From: a virus
Lineage: Duplodnaviria > Caudoviricetes
Virus record (IMG/VR): IMGVR_UViG_3300006118_000028
Span: 1-30,619 of that record
Direction: 5' to 3' (one strand)
DNA length: 30,619 nt
The translations under genes were made by a program, and so were the position numbers. Under the pieces are notes generated by a model. That model had not been told where the DNA came from, did not search any database, and saw only the letters and a program-made list of their open reading frames with translations. The stretch's first letter is position 1. Each line of letters opens with the position of its first letter. Below, piece after piece: positions 23,397 to 30,619 of the stretch.

Positions 23397-24056
23397 CTAT
23401 TCTACTAGTTCAGCGTCCAGGATCATCTCTTCATTTGGCATGTTCCGCAGGATTTCTGCTGCTGCTTGTCGACCCAACAACTGTTGGCCGCGATTTAGTT
23501 GCAGGGCTGGGTGCTCAAGCAACATAACCATGGCGCGGACCACCTGTTGGGCTTGATTCTCAGCCAACTGCAGTTTACGCTTGTCGATTCCTGCGTCGAT
23601 CGCCATTTTTGCCAGTCGAGCGTGTGTGATTCGCTCCTGGTTCCAAGCCTCAACCAGTGGGTCCAGTTTCTCTCCATCTCGGGGAGTACGTTGCGTAAGT
23701 TGATCTTTGCGCGTCTCAGCGATGATTTCAGCTAAGGCACGAGCCGTTTGGCTTGATTGCCTTACCTCACGCAACAGTCCTTCCTCGATAGATTCTTCTT
23801 CATCGGGGTTAAACGCGACTAGACGTTGAGCTAAAGTCACAGCCTGACGCAACTTGCCTCGCTCAAGTCCAGCATACGACTTGCCCCCATGCATTGAGCA
23901 AACAAACTGTCCCTCCATCGGTTCATTTCCACAAGGTAGATGCTGCCTGTTGTGGGCTTTACATTTGTCATGCTTATACCCTTTCTTCGGACAACCATCA
24001 TACTTGCACACTGGTTTATGTAGACTGAACTTGTCCGGTTTTCCTTTGTGTGTCAT
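23397..24056 (-). CDS. HGG-motif (HGGxSTG-like) protein, probable terminase small subunit
   Basis: CKAH...PC...VCSMHGG N-terminus, helical body, C-terminal ILDAELVE. Confidence 0.55.
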   Translation of the reverse strand: MTHKGKPDKFSLHKPVCKYDGCPKKGYKHDKCKAHNRQHLPCGNEPMEGQFVCSMHGGKSYAGLERGKLRQAVTLAQRLVAFNPDEEESIEEGLLREVRQSSQTARALAEIIAETRKDQLTQRTPRDGEKLDPLVEAWNQERITHARLAKMAIDAGIDKRKLQLAENQAQQVVRAMVMLLEHPALQLNRGQQLLGRQAAAEILRNMPNEEMILDAELVE

Positions 24057-24183
24057 AGATCAACTTCTCCAGTTGCTCAATTTGATTTGTTATATCTTGG
24101 ATGATAGAATCGACTTGATCTAGACGAGCAAGTTCCACGTCTAGATCGAAATCAGACTCAACGTCCAGTGGATCCGAATCCAT
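24016..24183 (-). CDS. Possible small acidic coiled-coil protein (55 aa)
   Basis: AGGGGA RBS; MDSDPLDVESDFDLDVELARLDQVDSIIQDITNQIEQLEKLIY...; overlaps both neighbours. Confidence 0.4.
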   Translation of the reverse strand: MDSDPLDVESDFDLDVELARLDQVDSIIQDITNQIEQLEKLIYDTQRKTGQVQST

Positions 24184-24679
24184 TAATTCCCCTATCGTGA
24201 TCGCCCAGTTTGTGAACTCGTGTGGGAACGAGGCGGTTGGCCTTGATTCCTCCCATCGGGATAAACTGCGCCACCCTCTCGCCCTGCTCGATGACCACGA
24301 ACTCGTTGTTCAGATTCTTAACGCCAGCGAACAACTCACCACGCCAACCCGAATCGATCACTGCCGTGTTGACCAGAAGATTACGCGTGGTTAGCGTGCT
24401 GCTCCTGCCCATAATCAACGCCCACGTGTCGCTGTCCATTTCTACGTGGACACCAGTGGGAACGTTGGCGAACTCGCCGGGTCCGATTCTCGTACGCTTG
24501 CTCGTGTACAAGTCGAACCCGGCGTCTCCCCTGTGCTTTTGCTCTGGCAACCGTGAGTACGGGCCCTTCAAGAGGACTGGTAGGACTTGCTGCTCTGACT
24601 CTGCAGCGCTGCCTACCGCCGTATCCTCTGCCAGAAAATCCCGGATAGTCTGGGCTACCCACCGCTTGACGCTATACAC
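24158..24679 (-). CDS. dut: Trimeric dUTPase-family protein (variant motif III)
   Basis: AGFDL, GRSS, VIDSGWRGE, GERVAQ and RGINGFGSTG motifs. Confidence 0.9.
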   Translation of the reverse strand: MYSVKRWVAQTIRDFLAEDTAVGSAAESEQQVLPVLLKGPYSRLPEQKHRGDAGFDLYTSKRTRIGPGEFANVPTGVHVEMDSDTWALIMGRSSTLTTRNLLVNTAVIDSGWRGELFAGVKNLNNEFVVIEQGERVAQFIPMGGIKANRLVPTRVHKLGDHDRGINGFGSTGR

Positions 24680-25082
24680 CCGGCCACTCTCCTACCTCTA
24701 GTACCCTCTGCATCATTCGTGCGTACACACCCACGTCCAACGGAGTGTCGGCGTGTGGCATTCTGCACTCTTCAACTGCGGTTCCCCAACGAGCCAACTT
24801 ACCGATCAGGTAGAAGTAAATGCCAGCGGACGTCGCCACCTTTGCGGTGTAGTCCACTCCTTCCTTCTTGCCCATTCGAGTGTAAATCTCACGCCCGATT
24901 TCGTACAGGTCGGTTGCTCCATACTCAACCGCCTTGTCTACCACCATGTTGATCTCGTTTTCAGCGGTGTTACGCCACCACCCCGCTAGCGTTTCACGAG
25001 GTGACTCTGGCACTGTTGTTATCGCAGCCATAGTCAAGCACAGTTTGCACTCGCAATGCTCAATTCCGCTAGTGCACCTCAT
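24672..25082 (-). CDS. Putative MazG-like all-alpha nucleotide pyrophosphatase
   Basis: K-x2-EYG...KLARW...DTPLDVGVY pattern; ATGA-coupled to purZ0. Confidence 0.55.
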   Translation of the reverse strand: MRCTSGIEHCECKLCLTMAAITTVPESPRETLAGWWRNTAENEINMVVDKAVEYGATDLYEIGREIYTRMGKKEGVDYTAKVATSAGIYFYLIGKLARWGTAVEECRMPHADTPLDVGVYARMMQRVLEVGEWPGV

Positions 25083-26116
25083 CGAAGGTCCACCACGGTG
25101 TTAGGCCCGGTACCCACCAGTTCAACGCGCTTGCCCAGCAGCACTTCAAAGTGACGCAGGACGTCTCGTCCGTAGGTGTTCAGTTCCGTCTTGTTCGCAC
25201 ACGACGGAGCCACGTAATCCAAGAACGTCAACGCCACGTGCAAGTTGTCGCTCGGAAACCCATTTGCTGCCATGGCTTCATTGGCCAACTCCTGGTCCCA
25301 CTCACCCACACGACGTCGCTTCTGCGTAACCGTCGTGTACTCTGGCTGAATGTGTCCCTCTGTGCTTGCACTCAGTTCTTCCCATGATGTTTCCATGTAC
25401 ATCGGTCCACTGTTGCCGGCGATGCGAATCGGGTACGTGCGAAACACGATCCAAATCTCCAGGTCCTTCACGTCTACAGACCAAGGGCTGAGTCCTGCCA
25501 TAGCCATGAAGTCGATAGCACGACAGTTTGACGACGTGGAGTGAGGGTAGTAACCGGCGTGCAAGCCAAGCCCATAGCCCTGCGTTCCTTCAATCTGCAC
25601 GCACGCATCGTACTCAAGGTCGTTCATCAAGATGTTTGGTGTGGATGACGTCGCGTATCCACGGTCCGCTGCACCATCATAAGCGAGCGACGCTTCACGC
25701 ATAAGGCGTGCTGCCCTTGCGCCACCGATCCCCTTGCCAGTCGTGCCAGTCGTGATCGAAGATTCCGAGTGTGCGTGCTTTGGCTCGATAATTGTGGCTT
25801 CCCCATCGACGATCAGTCTTGCTGCGCTGTGGTAATGCGCAGTTTCCATAATCTCGTCATCGAGTACGTTGAAGTCGATCTCACTACCGGCTGCAATCAC
25901 CAACTTGGAGTCCGGCCTTGCGATCGAGGCAACAGGCAGCGCACGCAGCGCATACTTGACTCCCTCATCGTCATACGCGGTGTGTCCTGCGTTTGGTCCT
26001 GCTACCCTCACTGCTGTGAGTTCACGCTTTTCCGTACGTGCAAGGTGCGCGGTGATAGCGCCCTTACCTTCACTGCCAAACTGACCGCCGACGATCACTT
26101 GCAGTTTACCTGGCAT
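25079..26116 (-). CDS. purZ: PurZ0/PurZ-type diaminopurine (2-aminoadenine) succinyl-dZMP synthetase
   Basis: PurA fold with GQFGSEGKG (Asp->Ser), GPNAGHT, EGTQG, RTYPIRIAGNSGP, TTVTQKRRRV, TFLD. Start revised to ATG 26116 with RBS AAGGGAG. Confidence 0.88.
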   Translation of the reverse strand: MPGKLQVIVGGQFGSEGKGAITAHLARTEKRELTAVRVAGPNAGHTAYDDEGVKYALRALPVASIARPDSKLVIAAGSEIDFNVLDDEIMETAHYHSAARLIVDGEATIIEPKHAHSESSITTGTTGKGIGGARAARLMREASLAYDGAADRGYATSSTPNILMNDLEYDACVQIEGTQGYGLGLHAGYYPHSTSSNCRAIDFMAMAGLSPWSVDVKDLEIWIVFRTYPIRIAGNSGPMYMETSWEELSASTEGHIQPEYTTVTQKRRRVGEWDQELANEAMAANGFPSDNLHVALTFLDYVAPSCANKTELNTYGRDVLRHFEVLLGKRVELVGTGPNTVVDLR

Positions 26117-26558
26117 TGCTTTCTCCCTTGTTTTGTGGTTTGTTGAGATAGTACCAGCCGTGAAGGAAAGCATCGGCACAATGCCCACCTTTCTTCTCCA
26201 CAACGGCACGATTCTCGATTCCTGCTGCCCTCATATGACCGGCAGCAGGTTTCTTGATGAGGGCCGGTTGTTCTACCAACTTTACCCCATACAAGACTGT
26301 TGTGATGTAGCGAATGATACCGATCGTTTCCACCGTTTTCAGCTGTGAAAACCCCTGCTCTACAGATTTCCAAGGGTAGAGCCGGTACTCCTCCATCACG
26401 ATAGTTTTGATTGTGTTCAAATCCATACGCTTAGTCAGCCACTTGTACAAATCAAGCGGCTGATACTCGCGAACCTCGATGCACTCGCTTTCAAGCCAAA
26501 CCGCTGTGCCACAATGCACTTCGCCTGGATCGATGCTAATCACTAGTCTGCGCGTCAT
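26106..26558 (-). CDS. RuvC-like Holliday junction resolvase
   Basis: ISIDPG...IVMEE...HCADA acidic motifs. Confidence 0.8.
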   Translation of the reverse strand: MTRRLVISIDPGEVHCGTAVWLESECIEVREYQPLDLYKWLTKRMDLNTIKTIVMEEYRLYPWKSVEQGFSQLKTVETIGIIRYITTVLYGVKLVEQPALIKKPAAGHMRAAGIENRAVVEKKGGHCADAFLHGWYYLNKPQNKGESNAR

Positions 26559-26564
26559 AACCCT

Positions 26565-26594
26565 AGTCTACCATACCATTTTCCACTGCGTCAA
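26565..26594 (-). promoter_or_regulatory. Promoter, leaderless start of resolvase-purZ0 operon
   Basis: TTGACG-18 bp-TAGACT, 6 nt to ATG 26558. Confidence 0.75.
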
Positions 26595-26611
26595 GCCCAG
26601 TATTACTCACG

Positions 26612-26692
26612 TGCCCGAGGCGAGACTCGAACTCGCACTCCCGAAGGAAGAGGATTTTAAGTCCTCCGTGTCTGCCATTCCACCACTCGGGC
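26612..26692 (-). tRNA. tRNA-Leu (anticodon UAA), CCA not encoded
   Basis: GCCCGAG acceptor, TGGTGGAATGGCAGACAC D-arm, GAGGA-CTTAAAA-TCCTC anticodon arm, long variable arm, GCGAG-TTCGAGT-CTCGC T-arm. Confidence 0.95.
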
Positions 26693-26696
26693 TTGT

Positions 26697-28466
26697 TTAC
26701 TTCCAGCGTTTCGATTCTGAGTACATCGGCACACCGAAGAACTCGGTCGCCATATCACTGCCGTAGTTCATAATCGCCTTAGTACCGATATCGACCTTGT
26801 CTTCAGGAATTTCCACTACAAGGGAGTCGTGAATCTGCAGCAACACTCGACTCCTCTCGTCATCGTCGATTCCCACCATCCATCGCTTAACGAACTGTGC
26901 GATCGATCCTTGAATCACGGCATTGAACGCCTTGTGCTTCTCCTCGTACGGCTTGAAATACCGCTGCCTACCGTCCGCCAGCAACACAAACCCACGTCGC
27001 TCCGCCACTTGCTCTGCCTTGCGGTTGATACGAGGGAACTCAGGGTACATCTCCCTCCACTCGTTCACGATCTTCTTCGCTTCGGCGTCCAGCAACTTGA
27101 TACCAGTGAACTTCTCCACCGAACGTGAAAACGTAGCCGGTCCGACACCGTAGATCAGCGAGAAGTTGGCTCGCTTCGCCACCTGCCTGTTCTGGAACTC
27201 GGCGTCCCCGAACAACTTCACTGACGTCTCGCTGTGCAAGTCTCTTCCATCGATGAACATCTGAATCCACGTCTCACAGCCTGCGTACTTGGCTGCGACT
27301 CTGGCCTCCGCCTGCGCAAGGTCGAACTCCCACAGTTCCCACCCCGGTTCAGCTCTAAACAGCCCACGTGGAGGGATGATTCCTTTAAGAGCCTCGGTCT
27401 GAAAGTCGTGAGGCAGAGCCTGCAGGTTGACTCGATTAGACGAGAACCGCATGGTCACAGTTCCATCTTGCTTCCAGTCTGTCCTCAATCGACCGTCTTC
27501 ACCTGCCGCGTTAGCGAACCCATCGTAGTACGTGCCAATAGCGTGCATGATCTTTTGTCTTGTGGCGTACATCTTCGCACCTGGAATGTTTTGCTGGATT
27601 AAACTCCGCACGCAACACTCGCTCACTGACGGTTGCCTTGTCTTATCCGTCACGCAGTGAGGGATTGCTTCCTGTACCTCGTAGAACCACTTCCTCGCTT
27701 CGACTGGCGTGGGCGGAAATGGGATCTGCTTGTCTACTTCCTTCATCATGGCCACAGCACGCTGGCCTTCAACCCTCGAGCGATTTACGTCGTAACCGAT
27801 ACCACGGTAACTCATCTTAGTGAGCGTCCTGGCGCAATCGATCTCTAACTCGATGTGTGGCAGAAGGTCATGCTTCAATCGCAGGATCTCTTGCTGCGAC
27901 TCGTACAACCGGAGCGTAAGTTCTGCGTCTTTCGATGCGTACGGTCCAACCACGTCCCACGGCACCAAATCAAACCGGTTACCGTTCTGCTTGAGGTACG
28001 GCTTCAACGCGTCTTGCTCTGCCTTCTCGTCCTCACCCCACAAACGTGCAGCCGTTTCTTTCAATCCTGTCGATTCGAGCGGTTCAATCACCCACTGTGC
28101 TAACTTGGTGTCCCACACCGTTTGCATGATGAGATCTTTGCCGTGGCCCCACTTGCGGTGCCCCTTGTTCAAGATCTGCAGATCGAAGTACATCTTGTGA
28201 AAAATAAGCCGCTGCCGGCCGAGCCATTCAATCAGCTGAACGTACTCTTCCTCGCTGCAGTTGTCGTCCACGTCGAACAGACTGTTGGCAACGCCGATTT
28301 TGTCTAGCGCTCCTTGGTCAAACGGATACGCTGCGCTGATGAGTTTATCTTCATGACGATACGCAATAGAAACAGCGCTAACTCTAGCACCATCGTCAAC
28401 GTGTAGGCCGCTCGTCTCCGTGTCACAAGCAACAACCAGACCACTAACATTTGGCAACTCCAGCAT
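26697..28466 (-). CDS. polA: Family A DNA polymerase with 3'-5' exonuclease (DpoZ candidate)
   Basis: DTETSGL exo I; motif A DLAQAEAR, motif B RQVAKRANFSLIYG, motif C QIHDSL. Start revised to ATG 28466 after GGAG. Confidence 0.95.
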   Translation of the reverse strand: MLELPNVSGLVVACDTETSGLHVDDGARVSAVSIAYRHEDKLISAAYPFDQGALDKIGVANSLFDVDDNCSEEEYVQLIEWLGRQRLIFHKMYFDLQILNKGHRKWGHGKDLIMQTVWDTKLAQWVIEPLESTGLKETAARLWGEDEKAEQDALKPYLKQNGNRFDLVPWDVVGPYASKDAELTLRLYESQQEILRLKHDLLPHIELEIDCARTLTKMSYRGIGYDVNRSRVEGQRAVAMMKEVDKQIPFPPTPVEARKWFYEVQEAIPHCVTDKTRQPSVSECCVRSLIQQNIPGAKMYATRQKIMHAIGTYYDGFANAAGEDGRLRTDWKQDGTVTMRFSSNRVNLQALPHDFQTEALKGIIPPRGLFRAEPGWELWEFDLAQAEARVAAKYAGCETWIQMFIDGRDLHSETSVKLFGDAEFQNRQVAKRANFSLIYGVGPATFSRSVEKFTGIKLLDAEAKKIVNEWREMYPEFPRINRKAEQVAERRGFVLLADGRQRYFKPYEEKHKAFNAVIQGSIAQFVKRWMVGIDDDERSRVLLQIHDSLVVEIPEDKVDIGTKAIMNYGSDMATEFFGVPMYSESKRWK

Positions 28467-28486
28467 CAAACATCTCCATTTTCCAT

Positions 28487-28790
28487 AGTGTAGCACACCT
28501 GTAGCACTGCTCTAGGCGTAGGTTTACATAGTGTAGCAGTAGGGGGTGCTACAGCCAAGCCCCCGGTACGTACGGTACTCCTGAAATCTCCTGTAGTCCT
28601 GTAGCATACCTGCTCCGAAATATACGCTCCCCACGTGCGCGACCCCTCTTCTCTAATGTAGTGGGTGCTACACTCCGGTAGGCTGTGCGTAGTGGGTGCT
28701 ACAGTGCTACGAGGGTCTGCCGCATACCTTCTGGCCTGGGAGGGGAGCGTAGCATACCCCCATGCTACAGCCCTGCTACACTGTGTAAAC
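28487..28790. repeat. Putative replication origin with TGCTAC/GTAGCA repeats
   Basis: Eleven hexamer copies in both orientations; 15-bp direct repeat at 28658 and 28689; 18-bp inverted repeat 28522-28539 / 28773-28790. Confidence 0.65.
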
Positions 28791-28802
28791 ATAGCCCCCA
28801 TC

Positions 28803-30617
28803 TTATACCAACTTCGTGTCGTCGACGACAAAACCAGAACGCTCGATTACTCGCATTGAGTCCTCTGCGTTCAACCTGTGGTACCTCACGACTCCACCGT
28901 GAGTGCGTGTTGAGTGGCCCTTGCCTTCGATTCCGAGGTCGCGTCGCTGTCCACGAATAGATTCGATTGTACCCAATTGGTGCTGTCTAGTAGTCAGGTC
29001 ACGCCGCCCAGACCACAAGTCAGCCAGCCTTTGCTCATTGTAACACACGATGTTCTCATCATTGACGTACACCTCAGCTCCGTTTTTAGCTGTACGTGGG
29101 AACATCAGCATACGCCAAGCCCACGGCAAAATTTCGGTTGTGAGGATATTGTCACCCTTGTAGTACTCTTGGTTGTCGCACCATGCGTCTACCTTTTCAA
29201 TGTACGTATCGTCCTGCGTCATGTTCGCTAGGATACGTGCGCCTAACCGAAGGATAGCCAGTTTGTCGCCGTGTCTACCTGATACCGGCCTCAACGTACG
29301 CAACTCGTCTACCATATCAACATGCTCTAGTGCCATAGAAACGTAGTGCCCAGACAGTTGAGTCAGATCCTTTTGGTACTGAGCCTGCAAATTGAGAATG
29401 TCGTCCCACTGCGGTCGTGTCGGGTCTACTACAGACCGACGACCTGTGGGACTAGGTACTGTCAGCTTAATAGCTCGGTCGGCAAGAGCCTTTTCTGTAT
29501 TGAGACTTGCCATACCTTCGGCACTGACCACGATAGGAGCAACCAGCGCGACACGTTCCTGTCGGTGACGATCAGCCTGCTTTTTTGTCCTAGAACCCTC
29601 GGACGTACTCTGCCGAACGAGATCCCAAATACCTTCCGGGTCCGATATGTCGTCAATCCAGACTGGCCCATTTCTATGACCAGAGGATCGGTCCCGTAAA
29701 GCAGCCATGGTGAACTCTCCGTGACCCTCATAGTTGCCTCCTAATTGCATCATCAAGGCAAAGAAACCTGTAGTCTTACCGCTTTCACTCGGGGCTTCGA
29801 GCGCCATGAATGGGAATAGACTGGCCTCCGCCATGATTTGCACCTTGAGGAAACACGCTGCCCACCACGAACCATAAACCGCCGTAACGGTTTCGTCGTG
29901 GAAGGTGAGTACCTGTGCAAGAACCCTGCGAGCGTCATCTCTAGTTCCTGCGAACCCATAGCGATATGGTGCCCAATCGGACAGAATAGAAGCAGGTCGC
30001 GTATCTCCGAATCCTTCAATCTCAGAAGATCCGCCGCGAATGACGCCCTCGTGGACAATGAAACCACCAACTCCATCGTTCCAACCGAGTGCAGAAGCGG
30101 ATTTGTAGACGGGTGCTTTCTGCGACTGAACGTAACGCTGTAGTCGTCGGCTTTCCGAGTTCCGGCCATAAACGTCCCCTTTCGGTATGATGATCGAGCC
30201 TTGCCTTTCAGCAAGCCACTTAGTCAGGTCCCGTGGCGAACCAAGGGTGGACGAGTTCAGCCTGCATTCAATAGAACGGTACTGCGTAGTCAACAGTACG
30301 AGGTAGTCGATTTCCTCTTCTCCTACCAGTGACCCTAGCACCTTGATGTCGAAATCACACCAAGGGTAGAGGACTTCGCTCTTTGACTTGCCGTTCTCCA
30401 CCAGCACTGGCGTCAACAACTGTGACCCTGTGCCGACCAGCCAGCCGTTACTTTCATCCGGCTCTGCTGTTACGATTCCCTGTTCAAGCAAGGCTTGTGG
30501 TGTGTCCAGCCCCTTCGCTTTCTCCGCACGCCACGCTGAATCGGCGGTTTTCTTTACCTCGTCCAATTCTAGTGGCTTGGGCAGTGCGTAGTTTGCCAGT
30601 TTTACCAGTTCGTGGTA
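28803..30617 (-). CDS. DNA primase-helicase, 5'-partial (runs off right edge)
   Basis: Frame is open to the edge; PriCT-like N-x4-KPLELDEVKKTADS, Walker A APSESGKTT, Walker B VWIDD. Confidence 0.8.
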   Translation of the reverse strand, partial: YHELVKLANYALPKPLELDEVKKTADSAWRAEKAKGLDTPQALLEQGIVTAEPDESNGWLVGTGSQLLTPVLVENGKSKSEVLYPWCDFDIKVLGSLVGEEEIDYLVLLTTQYRSIECRLNSSTLGSPRDLTKWLAERQGSIIIPKGDVYGRNSESRRLQRYVQSQKAPVYKSASALGWNDGVGGFIVHEGVIRGGSSEIEGFGDTRPASILSDWAPYRYGFAGTRDDARRVLAQVLTFHDETVTAVYGSWWAACFLKVQIMAEASLFPFMALEAPSESGKTTGFFALMMQLGGNYEGHGEFTMAALRDRSSGHRNGPVWIDDISDPEGIWDLVRQSTSEGSRTKKQADRHRQERVALVAPIVVSAEGMASLNTEKALADRAIKLTVPSPTGRRSVVDPTRPQWDDILNLQAQYQKDLTQLSGHYVSMALEHVDMVDELRTLRPVSGRHGDKLAILRLGARILANMTQDDTYIEKVDAWCDNQEYYKGDNILTTEILPWAWRMLMFPRTAKNGAEVYVNDENIVCYNEQRLADLWSGRRDLTTRQHQLGTIESIRGQRRDLGIEGKGHSTRTHGGVVRYHRLNAEDSMRVIERSGFVVDDTKLV

Positions 30618-30619
30618 TG

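Noticed and set aside
25079-26116. Ordinary purA auxiliary metabolic gene
   Set aside because: The catalytic Asp of GDEGKG is Ser, and the gene context is that of PurZ-type clusters.
28466-28831. 121-aa ORF across the pol/primase gap
   Set aside because: Composition simply mirrors the hexamer repeats and there is no RBS; treated as non-coding.

Overview
Fragment of a tailed dsDNA phage, probably a siphovirus infecting an actinobacterium (it carries a WhiB-like gene, leaderless starts and a DUF1906-type lysin). No integrase is visible. There are three blocks. (1) 1-13.7 kb, minus strand, virion and lysis genes: tail tube (partial), tail completion and head-tail proteins, whiB, major capsid, scaffold, XkdF-like protease, portal, large terminase and endolysin. 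(2) 13.9-23.3 kb, plus strand, about 25 small early or accessory genes, including three paralogous CxC...C...GHDA proteins, a hexapeptide-repeat protein and a GT2-methyltransferase fusion. (3) 23.4-30.6 kb, minus strand, replication and nucleotide metabolism: primase-helicase (partial), a repeat-rich putative origin, family A DNA polymerase, tRNA-Leu(UAA), RuvC-like resolvase, a PurZ0-type synthetase (GSEGKG), a MazG-like protein, a variant dUTPase and an HGG-motif probable small terminase. Block 3 points to a 2-aminoadenine (Z) genome. The most novel-looking signal is four covarying tRNA-minihelix-like elements (7+5 bp stem, T-loop-like loop) between consecutive early genes. Also notable are a conserved structured leader on two paralogous genes and a family of eight 18-bp-spacer promoters, most sharing a spacer motif. 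All calls come from manual reading of the sequence; no searches were run.
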